From sequence record PP942979.1: a stretch of 64,000 bases of DNA. One strand, written 5' to 3'. Both the position numbers and the translations under genes were made by a program. The notes beneath the pieces are model-generated. The model was not told where the DNA came from, made no database searches, and worked only from the letters and a program-made list of their open reading frames with translations. Below are positions 48,302 to 57,070 of the stretch, one piece after another. The first letter of the stretch is position 1, and the number at the start of each line of letters is the position of its first letter.

Positions 48302-49585
48302 TCACTTCTTCTTTTTCTTTTTCTTCTTAGGCTCGTCGTCTTCTTCGTCGTCGTTGCCTAAATCAACAGTCAACTTACCGCTGTAGATGTTCGCCATCAC
48401 TTCGGTAATTCCAGTCTCCAGCATAATATCTGCCGGCACCGAAGTTGAGTTGAATGCCACTTCTGCATCAGCCAGAGCTTTCTGCAAATACACCAAACTG
48501 ACCAGATTGACTTTGATGTTGTCTTTCTTGATCATGTTCATGAACATCTTGAGGCCCGCAGACTGCCACTTGTTCGTTTCGGCGTAATGCCCCAACACAC
48601 CATGAATAATCCAACGAGCTTTCGCTACGATTGCACGTGGGTTGTTTGCTTCCCGCAGGAACTGAATAACGCCTATCAGGTCCATACTGAGATAAGCACC
48701 GATCATCTGAACGGCTTTCGCTTCCATGTCGATTTCTGGATCAGCAGCAGCCAGTTCAGCAACGAGGTTCTTATCAAAGTCTTCACCACCACGAACAGAG
48801 GCGTAGATGTTTTGCAGCATGGTGATTGCACCACGCATTTGTCCACCAGCGTACTCTGCTACCTGATGAAGTGCCGCTTCTGCTTTATCACGCGCCTTGT
48901 CTTTCTTCGGCAGGATATCAAGCTGACCACTGATCTCAATCAGGCGTTTATGAATCACGTCAGTTGCAATCGGTCTGATCGGCAGTTGCGTCATACGACT
49001 GATCATCGTGCCTTTCATCTTCTCAGGGTTCGTTGTTACGAAGATGAAGACTACGTGCGCTGGGGGCTGTTCGGTAATCTTGAGCAGCTTGGATTCAGCA
49101 GCACTGGACATGAGGTGCGATTCGTCGAAGATGAACACACGACGTTTGAACATCGGGCTTAACGGGGCCGAGTCAACAATCTTCTGTGAGCCCTCAACTT
49201 TACCTGCATCGCCGCCCATATCGAACTCTTGTTCGTCAGGATGTGCGCCACGGTCGTGCATCTCACACGAACGACACTTACCGCAGGCAGAGAACGAATC
49301 ACAGTTGATGTACTTCGCTACCAGACGTGCGAACGTTGTCTTGCCTGAACCGAGATGACCTGTGATGATCATTGTTGACGGAATCGTTTTCGACTTCTGC
49401 CAACCTTTCATGATCTTCACGATGTGGTCTTGACCAACGTAATCTTCGATACGCTTCGGTCGGAACTGATCTGCAAAGTTAACCGTGGTCAACTCAACAG
49501 ACTCGGAAGAACCGCTTTTCTTTTTCGATGGCTTATCGTCACCGAACGAACGCGACTTCTTCTTTTTCTTTTCTTCTTTCGCCAT
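48302..49585 (-). CDS. dnaX: Clamp-loader ATPase, DnaX gamma-like
   Basis: GHLGSGKT, C4 zinc module, VFIFDESH, SR motif, GQMRGAITML. Confidence 0.9.
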   Translation of the reverse strand: MAKEEKKKKKSRSFGDDKPSKKKSGSSESVELTTVNFADQFRPKRIEDYVGQDHIVKIMKGWQKSKTIPSTMIITGHLGSGKTTFARLVAKYINCDSFSACGKCRSCEMHDRGAHPDEQEFDMGGDAGKVEGSQKIVDSAPLSPMFKRRVFIFDESHLMSSAAESKLLKITEQPPAHVVFIFVTTNPEKMKGTMISRMTQLPIRPIATDVIHKRLIEISGQLDILPKKDKARDKAEAALHQVAEYAGGQMRGAITMLQNIYASVRGGEDFDKNLVAELAAADPEIDMEAKAVQMIGAYLSMDLIGVIQFLREANNPRAIVAKARWIIHGVLGHYAETNKWQSAGLKMFMNMIKKDNIKVNLVSLVYLQKALADAEVAFNSTSVPADIMLETGITEVMANIYSGKLTVDLGNDDEEDDEPKKKKKKKK

Positions 49586-49649
49586 TTTACTTCGCCCTTT
49601 ATTTTGATGCGTTACACCAGTAATTTACAGATTTTAGACAAAAAGAAAG

Positions 49650-49678
49650 GACCACATCTCAAAGTGAGAGGGTCCTTA
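49650..49678 (-). terminator. Intrinsic terminator
   Basis: AAGGACC...GGTCCTT then TCTTTTT. Confidence 0.65.
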
Positions 49679-49724
49679 TTTATAATGTGTTGGATGATAA
49701 CACATCGGCAGTGGGCGCTGACGA

Positions 49725-49922
49725 TTAGGCAAAGCACATTTCCCAGCGTGGTACAACGCGGAAGAACTGCTTAAAGTTGGACGGCGGATTCTTCTTGATT
49801 GATTCAAGTTTCTGTTCCACTACGTCATAATCTTTTATGCCACTCTCTACGGTGTGAGTGGTGAATGTACCGTCAGCCTGAATCAAATCGGCGACAACAC
49901 GGTAGCTAGGTTTACGAAGCAT
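49725..49922 (-). CDS. Hypothetical protein
   Basis: 65 aa, AGGAG SD, CTGTAAAC upstream. Confidence 0.65.
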   Translation of the reverse strand: MLRKPSYRVVADLIQADGTFTTHTVESGIKDYDVVEQKLESIKKNPPSNFKQFFRVVPRWEMCFA

Positions 49923-50015
49923 CTATTCTCCTGTGTAAAAATTTTCTCGTTCTTCTGAATTATGTTTACAGTTTACTGCGAGTAGTCACACAAGGATAAA
50001 GTCAGACAAATCTTA

Positions 50016-50344
50016 AACTCCAATAGGCTCTCAATCAAGAACATATTGGAGTCCACCCTCGCCAGATGACGGTCTAGCCAGGGCTTTCTCCCCGTGTCTT
50101 TCAATTGCACCGACACGGTAGCGCTCGCGGTCTTACGCTCTCTGTGGCTTGCGAACATATCGGCAGGTAGCAGGGTTCGCAGCCTAGAGCAGCCGCTTTC
50201 GGCCATTAGCGATAACGCGGTGTTACGCTAGTTGGCCTGACTCTGTGGCCGAGTCTGTACAAAAAAGAGTTCGGCCTATCCCCAAATTCGGCAAAAGAAA
50301 CAGGCCGAACTAAACAGTCAGCGCAAACTCCATATGCACTGTTT
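50016..50344 (-). ncRNA. Candidate structured non-coding RNA, family not recognised
   Basis: Eight consecutive stem domains cover the gap; G.U pairs favour minus strand; CTAATTT promoter motif at 50356-50362. Confidence 0.65.
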
Positions 50345-50390
50345 TGTACTGTTACAAATTAGAAACATCCTGCAATAAATCAGACAATTC

Positions 50391-50978
50391 TTAGTCTAAC
50401 ATTGGAATAAGATTTTGCAGGAAATGCTCACGATCAAACGACGAAATTCTGTGCGGATGATCGATGTGCATGTTCCAGGGTTTGTTGAATAACAGAACGC
50501 TACGAGGCAGCACCAGTTGCTCACCGACGCGAGTGAACTTGTCACGCACGGCAGTAACAGGATTATCATCGACAAGGACGTAGGTACCTTCGCCGTGTAC
50601 TTCGTTCAGGTACGCAATCTTGTCAGGATGCTGGCGGCTATCCAAAACATGAATGTGATCGAACAATGACAAGTGCTTCTCCAAAGACTTGCGCGTGTTG
50701 CGTTCGCCTTTAGGGTGATAGCCTCGATGCGTACAAATGCCCGCACTGAAACCCTCACGCACCAACATTGCAACTGTCTGGATGAAGTAGTCACGCATGT
50801 TGGCTTCAAGCATGAAACGGCCGTCTTCCAACATATCAACGAAAGGCTCAAGCCCATTCTCTGGCGTGATGTAGGAATCGGTACCTGGATAGATTCCCCA
50901 GTTCATCAGATAGCACAACATAAAGTTATGCGTGTCGAATGCTGTGTCGTCCATGTCGAAGAAAATCTTCTTAATCAT
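50391..50978 (-). CDS. HAD-family 5'(3')-nucleotidase-like protein
   Basis: IFFDMDDT, CTHR, VLVDDNP, LLFNKPWN. Confidence 0.8.
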   Translation of the reverse strand: MIKKIFFDMDDTAFDTHNFMLCYLMNWGIYPGTDSYITPENGLEPFVDMLEDGRFMLEANMRDYFIQTVAMLVREGFSAGICTHRGYHPKGERNTRKSLEKHLSLFDHIHVLDSRQHPDKIAYLNEVHGEGTYVLVDDNPVTAVRDKFTRVGEQLVLPRSVLLFNKPWNMHIDHPHRISSFDREHFLQNLIPMLD

Positions 50979-51286
50979 TAGTGCCTCGTACTTTTGACAA
51001 CCAAAGGAATGTCATTGATGAAAGCGAGAGTTAGCAACTCACCATTATGGCGCAATCGCATTTCATCGGCATTCATTACGACAACAATATCGGCGAGAGG
51101 ATCTACCTTGAACGTTGGGACTTCGATAAGCTGTGCTTCAACTTCGCTTTCTTCGTCGTCAACAACGTAATAGCCTCCATACATTAATACAGTGTCACCA
51201 TCAATAACCATATGCAGTGGTTGATCGATGTAGTAACCGTTACCGTCATCTGAGTCGAACTCAAAGTCGAAGTCCTCGTCGCCCAT
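50978..51286 (-). CDS. Acidic hypothetical protein
   Basis: 102 aa, coupled to HAD gene. Confidence 0.65.
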   Translation of the reverse strand: MGDEDFDFEFDSDDGNGYYIDQPLHMVIDGDTVLMYGGYYVVDDEESEVEAQLIEVPTFKVDPLADIVVVMNADEMRLRHNGELLTLAFINDIPLVVKSTRH

Positions 51287-51289
51287 AGT

Positions 51290-51865
51290 CTATGCCCTCA
51301 AATCAACCAAGATAGATGCAGACAAATCTCGGAGCATGTCACGACCGAGAGGTGTGTACATTGTTTGGGAAACTACAATTCGTTCAAGGAAGAGGCGAGA
51401 ACTGATAACGTCCTGCCCTGTACGCTGTTGAACGAAATCAATGATGGCTGATGGCGGTTGAATGAGGAACGTTAAGATCTCAGCGTCGTGCAGGACGCTA
51501 CCCATCTCTGTAACAGGACGCATCTCTGTTTCCTGATCGAGAATGTATGAGATCACACGGTCTTCATTACCAATATTGCGATGTGTTTTAAAGAACTTGC
51601 GAGCAGCACTCACGGTGCGCATAAAATCGTAGTCCGAAGAAGTCGGCATACGGAGAAAGAGTGAAGCTAAGAGCAGGTTTATTTCTAACTGCGGGCCTTG
51701 CTCGATGTTTAACATGGCATGAGAGGTCAGTACCACATCTAACGAGAAGTCACGAGTGTAGAGCGGGTGAGAGTTTGCTGTCTGATCAAAGTAGTCGAGA
51801 GCCATGTGCAGCCCTCGACGTTTTAACAGGTGCTCTGCCTTGATACGGTTCAGGCGGTGCATCAC
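51290..51865 (-). CDS. Degenerate HD-domain-like protein
   Basis: HD-fold spacing (LLLASLFLR; VLHDAEI) without the HD dyad. Confidence 0.45.
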   Translation of the reverse strand: MMHRLNRIKAEHLLKRRGLHMALDYFDQTANSHPLYTRDFSLDVVLTSHAMLNIEQGPQLEINLLLASLFLRMPTSSDYDFMRTVSAARKFFKTHRNIGNEDRVISYILDQETEMRPVTEMGSVLHDAEILTFLIQPPSAIIDFVQQRTGQDVISSRLFLERIVVSQTMYTPLGRDMLRDLSASILVDLRA

Positions 51866-52836
51866 TCGGCGCCACGAATCTCTTTGAGAGAGTTCTTGAT
51901 CGCTTTGCGCAGCGTCTTACCAGTGTCGATGCCGTCGATGTGGCGAGCGAACACATTCGCAAACAACGTGGTCGGATTCTTCATGATTGCTTTATCGAGG
52001 TCAGGACGACCCTCAGCAATCTGAATCTCACCCGGCCAGAGTTCAGCAACTGCCTGACTATCATTAGCGGCAATCAGCTCCAGCTCACGGACCGAGATAC
52101 TGTTCTGGCGAGCAATCGTGCGGAAGATCATGTCAACGAAAGGCAGCAGGTCTTCGGACACAACGTTCTTCACGTCTTTCGCATCACCAGCTCTCTGGAA
52201 ATCTTCCAGCAGTCCTTCGAGGTGAGTCTGCGTGATCTTCTGGACGTTACGCAGTTTCTTGAACAGCATCATCCAGCGGACTTTGCGTTTGGAACTCAGC
52301 AGGTGAGTCCACACTGATTCGCCTAAGGCAATCATCAGTTTGTTGTAGACGTCAACCGATACGCAATCACGATCAACAAATACCGTGATCTCGTCATGCC
52401 ACTCGTCCTTCTTGAACTTGGTTCGGAAGGAGTGAGTCTTCGACCCTGACTGCTGGACGAAGTTGATTTGTTTGCAGCGACGAATAGCTTCCTGAAGGCC
52501 ATACTTAGCAATCACCTTCGGAAGTTTCTTCACGGCCAGACGACAGGCTTTAGCGACTTCTGCTTCGCGCCCGTAGAGAGCGAGGCGAGGCAGACCACCA
52601 TAGACAGGCATTGATGCGTAAGGTCGGACAGTGACGCCACACACGGACATACCCGGCTCAGGGTCTGGACCCAAGACCGCAAGCACGTCACCTGCCTTAG
52701 GACTGAACTTGATCGTTTCTGTTTCCGGCGCACCAAGCGTGTTAGCCAGAATGCCAACAGTGTTGCCGGTTGCCAGAACAAGATGATTCTTATTACCCTG
52801 CCTTACGACAAGGTAATCATTTTCACTATGTTTCAT
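51862..52836 (-). CDS. Hypothetical protein, possible degenerate zincin fold
   Basis: 324 aa; LMIALGESVW where HExxH would be expected. Confidence 0.55.
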   Translation of the reverse strand: MKHSENDYLVVRQGNKNHLVLATGNTVGILANTLGAPETETIKFSPKAGDVLAVLGPDPEPGMSVCGVTVRPYASMPVYGGLPRLALYGREAEVAKACRLAVKKLPKVIAKYGLQEAIRRCKQINFVQQSGSKTHSFRTKFKKDEWHDEITVFVDRDCVSVDVYNKLMIALGESVWTHLLSSKRKVRWMMLFKKLRNVQKITQTHLEGLLEDFQRAGDAKDVKNVVSEDLLPFVDMIFRTIARQNSISVRELELIAANDSQAVAELWPGEIQIAEGRPDLDKAIMKNPTTLFANVFARHIDGIDTGKTLRKAIKNSLKEIRGAE

Positions 52837-52844
52837 AACGGCCT

Positions 52845-53363
52845 TTAATAGAGTGAGTCAGCGATATTGTAGGTGTGGACTTCCGCGGTATGTTGACGGA
52901 AGATACGACCTTCGGATTGCTCGAACGTTGCAGGACGCCAGTCTTCTTTGACTTCAATAGAAACGAGGACTTGCTCGTCCCACATATCACCGTCTTCGAG
53001 AGCATCAGCGATCATGCGAAGCGAAGCAGGACGGTCCTTGCCAAGATGCGATAACTCCGCAATCATGACACGCGGCTTGGTACGATCACCAAGTTCATCG
53101 AGCGCCCAGCCAAGCTCAGACAGAGAACGAATCTGGTACGCTTCAACTTGAGCGTTACCACGATACTCGTCTGGTCCGAAATAAACAATTTCAAAATCGT
53201 TGACGTCGGTTTGACTGACAAAGAAGTGAGGTGCGTCCGCCAGAATAGAAGGCGAGGCGCACATCTGGAGCAAGCCCATGTATGGATTATGAATCTCATG
53301 GGCTTCTACCGAACAGGACTTCCCAGCAAAACTTTTGATTATGCTGTGTGCGAGATTATTCAT
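52845..53363 (-). CDS. Hypothetical protein
   Basis: Start moved to ATG 53363 (GAGG SD). Confidence 0.65.
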   Translation of the reverse strand: MNNLAHSIIKSFAGKSCSVEAHEIHNPYMGLLQMCASPSILADAPHFFVSQTDVNDFEIVYFGPDEYRGNAQVEAYQIRSLSELGWALDELGDRTKPRVMIAELSHLGKDRPASLRMIADALEDGDMWDEQVLVSIEVKEDWRPATFEQSEGRIFRQHTAEVHTYNIADSLY

Positions 53364-53370
53364 TGTAACC

Positions 53371-53565
53371 TCAGTTCTCAGGAGTAGGTTTGGACGAGCT
53401 TTGGGTATAACTGAAACCATAGCCCACCATTTTATTTTGCTGCCGCTTTGCTCGCTGCTTGCGTTGGATCTCGGCGTCACGTTTGTCCAGCTCGTCAAAG
53501 ATACCTACGCGACGAGCATAGCGAAACTTCGGATGTACGGAGATATGTTTGACGATAGCTGTCAT
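53371..53565 (-). CDS. Small basic protein
   Basis: 64 aa, GAGGA SD, CTGTAAAC upstream. Confidence 0.65.
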   Translation of the reverse strand: MTAIVKHISVHPKFRYARRVGIFDELDKRDAEIQRKQRAKRQQNKMVGYGFSYTQSSSKPTPEN

Positions 53566-53604
53566 GCGTTATTCCTCTATGTTGATTGCTGTTAGTTTAC
53601 AGTA

Positions 53605-54129
53605 TCAATCACTCTTGCCCATTTGACGTTCGAGCACGTAAGCCAGATAGTCATCCCACGTAGCGAAACCATCTTTGGCCAACATACGGTCAAACTCGCG
53701 GTCAGACTTAGATCCCTTAGGAAAGCGAATCTTGTTTGACAGACGCTGGAGTCGGTCGTACATAAACCGAGACTGCTTAACAATCGGATTCTTCTCAGGT
53801 AAATGATTCTGCAACAATTTGTAGCTGAACACCAGAGGGAAGTCTTTGTTAGGCACCGTAACACCCAACAGCCTATGTACCGTGTTTAGGTACTGCTCGA
53901 TTTGAGCATGACATTCTGGGTGAGCATAGTACCAGTCGTCCAGTGAGGCCAAGCCATGAGTTTCCTCATAAACCATTGCGTCATACATGACCATGAGAAT
54001 CGGCTTCTCTTCCTTCTTTTCTTTGTACGCCTGAAACAAAACTGGGCAAGTCCCATATTTGTTTTGCAGCATCGTTTCCAAGATTGCTGCGAAGCGTACA
54101 ACTTCATATTCGGTAAGTACCTTACTCAT
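53605..54129 (-). CDS. Hypothetical protein
   Basis: 174 aa, GGAG SD. Confidence 0.7.
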   Translation of the reverse strand: MSKVLTEYEVVRFAAILETMLQNKYGTCPVLFQAYKEKKEEKPILMVMYDAMVYEETHGLASLDDWYYAHPECHAQIEQYLNTVHRLLGVTVPNKDFPLVFSYKLLQNHLPEKNPIVKQSRFMYDRLQRLSNKIRFPKGSKSDREFDRMLAKDGFATWDDYLAYVLERQMGKSD

Positions 54130-54132
54130 ACT

Positions 54133-55749
54133 TCACTCCGAGAATATCTTTTTGTCAGAAAACTTCTTGAGCACAAACTCGGCACAATCGCTCGTCACGC
54201 TGTCTCCATCAACGCAGAGTAGCGCACCGTCATGCTCAAGGGAATACACACCCTTGACGTTCGGACAATTAAGAATAGCATCGAACAAATACAAACTCTC
54301 CCAGCCAGACAGCATGTGGTTGAGAATGCGTTTGTCAATCTTCTTGCCTGTGTCGTCAGGATCAGGATCGTAGTTAGATCCTGTCGGGCACTGGAGTACC
54401 CCATACTCGGGTCTTCGTGCATTTTTATTCTTGCGGAACTTAGACCGATACACGTTAAGCAATTCTTTGATCGCAAGATACAGAGGAGTCATCCTCGTGT
54501 TCCAGTCTAAGATTTCCTCTTTCACTCTCGAAGCTGGTACGAAGCGAGCTAACTCTTTATAGACGTTGCTGTACTTCGTTGGTTCAAGTTGACCTGCCGA
54601 AAAAATTGTACCATACAAACAAACCTTGGCTGCGCGTCTGTCAAGTTTCATAATGCGGCTAATGTCGTCAACAGAACTAATCTGGTCGAACATCGCACAC
54701 GCAATACCGTAAGCGTCAAACTCCCTACGCAACACGTTGAACTGGCTGGACTTCATATCCCAGTTAGTGCCAATCGTGTAGCACTGCTCCTTCAAGTCCG
54801 AAGGTAAGTTCTGGAACCCACCACCGACCTCGAACAATCGCCCGCCAATCTGAGACAGCCTATACTTCGGCCAGTAGCGAACGACAAGAGGTTTCTCGCT
54901 AACGATCTGAACAGGACCCGACACTATGGTATCGAGTAACGTTTTCACCTGCAGGTATTGCTTCTTCGCCTTGTGATTAGCAATCAACGATTTGTCTTCT
55001 AAATAAGCAAGTATAGGGTCGATGTTCACTTCATTAGGCATCAGCTTATCAAGTACCTGTCGATAAAGAGCACGGCCACTAAGCACCTTAGAGTTTCCTC
55101 TGTCTCGGTTGCGATCAAGTGAACTAAGATCATGCGCAGGGCGCTTGAACGGTAGCTTAGAATTTTTCTGAATCTGTGACCACACCGTCACACCATAATC
55201 CTCCCTTAAAATTTTAAGAGGACTATAGAAACGAATGCGGTACAAAATATCGTAATGCGACTGCGGCTTAAAGTGCCCGTACATCCCGTCTAAGATTTCA
55301 GGACGCATCCTAAACTCTCGACTAAGGCCCTTTTCTTTGCTGTAAGGCTTCGTTTCAAATACGTTAGCCATCAACCACTCAAGGGACCTACCGTACGTGC
55401 CTTTTTTAGACTTGGCATATCGCCCGACAGCAACATTATCGCCACCACGCTTGTGACCGAAGACCATTGGCAGTTTTTCTTTTCCTAACGAGCTTGGAAA
55501 CGGCACCCAGACCCGTCCAAACTTCTTTTTCTTGTGTTTACGTGCAGGATAAAGACTGCATTGAAGAATGTGCCAGAAGAATAAGTTCAATTGAGCACGA
55601 AACGCAGATCGCTCGCTCTCGGGGCCGTCGTAGGGACAGGCATCAAGAACATGTTTTCGCACCCACAAAACAACTTCCTTCTCCTGGTAAGAGGGGTTCG
55701 TGATTAATACTGGCCCCTGACCGGAAACGATTCGTTTTTTCATGTTCAC
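54133..55749 (-). CDS. Divergent family-A-like polymerase without exonuclease (TV-Pol-like)
   Basis: GGRLF...FQNLP, motif A DMKSSQ, motif B RRAAKVCLYG, NHMLSG, motif C EHDG. Confidence 0.7.
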   Translation of the reverse strand: MNMKKRIVSGQGPVLITNPSYQEKEVVLWVRKHVLDACPYDGPESERSAFRAQLNLFFWHILQCSLYPARKHKKKKFGRVWVPFPSSLGKEKLPMVFGHKRGGDNVAVGRYAKSKKGTYGRSLEWLMANVFETKPYSKEKGLSREFRMRPEILDGMYGHFKPQSHYDILYRIRFYSPLKILREDYGVTVWSQIQKNSKLPFKRPAHDLSSLDRNRDRGNSKVLSGRALYRQVLDKLMPNEVNIDPILAYLEDKSLIANHKAKKQYLQVKTLLDTIVSGPVQIVSEKPLVVRYWPKYRLSQIGGRLFEVGGGFQNLPSDLKEQCYTIGTNWDMKSSQFNVLRREFDAYGIACAMFDQISSVDDISRIMKLDRRAAKVCLYGTIFSAGQLEPTKYSNVYKELARFVPASRVKEEILDWNTRMTPLYLAIKELLNVYRSKFRKNKNARRPEYGVLQCPTGSNYDPDPDDTGKKIDKRILNHMLSGWESLYLFDAILNCPNVKGVYSLEHDGALLCVDGDSVTSDCAEFVLKKFSDKKIFSE

Positions 55750-55789
55750 ATCATGATTACCTGATTTTTCTATCGTTTCTTTACAGTTT

Positions 55790-56400
55790 CAGACAACTCT
55801 TAACCCGAAAGCTACTACAGCGCTAATGCTAGGAAGGCTAAGGCTACAGCAGGCTTGCTACAACGCTCATGGCATGCTTCAACAATAGTTCTACAGGTAC
55901 ATCTTTAGGCGGCACGTTTCAGAGACATAGAAAATAAAGAAACCATGTCCTCAGCAGCCCGAACTATAGTCCATACGCACTATAGGTAGCGATCTAGCGG
56001 AAATCCCTAGGTCGTCTAAACCGTGTAAATTTTCCGTCAAAAACAGTCCGTTTTTTAACCAAACGCCCTTTTTGACTCTGAAAATGAGGAAAATCCGAGA
56101 AAAATCAAGGACTTTCTCCTCTTTTCTACCTCGGTGAAACTCAAATTGCATCATCAGGTTGAGTATTTGAGATATCGGCATGTACATGCAGCTTCATCGC
56201 ACTATAGTCACGCGGAATTAGCGCCTCAGTCCCAAAACCCTCGCGCTAGGAGCTATAACCCTGACGTAGAACCGTGTGCTGAGGGCCCAAAACATCAAAC
56301 CGTCAATAGACTGGTTATTTGGTACCAATACAGAGGATTCTTAATCCTCACACGTAGACGTCAAAAGGAGATGCTCCTAGCGCGATTCCATAGGAAACTG
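55790..56400. other. Origin-like non-coding region
   Basis: ~600 bp with no credible gene; GCTA/CTACAG/ACTATAG repeats, phased A/T tracts, palindromes, 13-bp inverted repeat. Confidence 0.5.
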
Positions 56401-56401
56401 G

Positions 56402-57061
56402 TTACTTTTTGCGCGATACTTGTTTTCCGAGTTTTACGCCGATCTGCGTCATAATACGCTTAACGGTCTCTCCATCGTGCTCTTCCATAGCGTTTGCGAG
56501 CCTTTCGCCCTGTTCGCGCGATAGCTCAGGCATAACCATTTTAAGCATCTGCGAACGCAGTTTTGCGCTCTTGGATTTGCCTTTCGAGACAGACACGCCT
56601 TCATTCGCCTTAAGCGCACTGCTAATCGCTTTCTGAACACGACGATCACCAAAAATGTCGCCGAATATGTCACCGAACAGGTCCTTGAACGACAATCCGC
56701 CGCCCATAATGTCGTCTTTCGTGAAACGAACAGGTACACCCAGCGCATTCACTTTATTGCAATGCACCGATTCGACCTGATTCGTTGTACGTCCACCAGC
56801 ACGGAAGTTCTCGTCAGGGCGTGACGCTTTGCCCTCTGCACCGGGCTTAGTGTTGCCGTTGCGCAAATCTGGATCGCCTTCAACCTGTTTGTTTTGATCA
56901 AACATATCGTCGGCAGTTTCGCTTTGATTTGGGTCGAACGGGATCTTACCTGTCAGCTTGTTTGCGTCTGGCCAGCTATCAGGAATATCAGACGCAGGCT
57001 GTGCCTTGTTCGTCATATCACCGTTTGCTTCACCACTCAAACTGATCTTAATACGAGTCAT
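56402..57061 (-). CDS. Hypothetical protein with MTRIKISLSG N-terminus
   Basis: 219 aa, GGAG SD, late operon. Confidence 0.7.
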   Translation of the reverse strand: MTRIKISLSGEANGDMTNKAQPASDIPDSWPDANKLTGKIPFDPNQSETADDMFDQNKQVEGDPDLRNGNTKPGAEGKASRPDENFRAGGRTTNQVESVHCNKVNALGVPVRFTKDDIMGGGLSFKDLFGDIFGDIFGDRRVQKAISSALKANEGVSVSKGKSKSAKLRSQMLKMVMPELSREQGERLANAMEEHDGETVKRIMTQIGVKLGKQVSRKK

Positions 57062-57070
57062 GCTAATCTC

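Noticed and set aside
50151-50185. Plus-strand GGCAGGTAGCAGGGTT resembling the 3' end of c-di-GMP-I riboswitch P2
   Set aside because: The GGCAAA..GAAA..GACGCAAAGC elements are absent and G.U polarity favours the other strand.
49973-50206. 77-aa ORF inside the structured gap; also 55951..56187 and 56134..56454
   Set aside because: No SD, atypical composition, overlap with secondary structure or repeats.
50190-50250. Stem followed by GAAA, like a hammerhead ribozyme core
   Set aside because: No CUGANGA before the stem and no UH cleavage triplet after the next helix.
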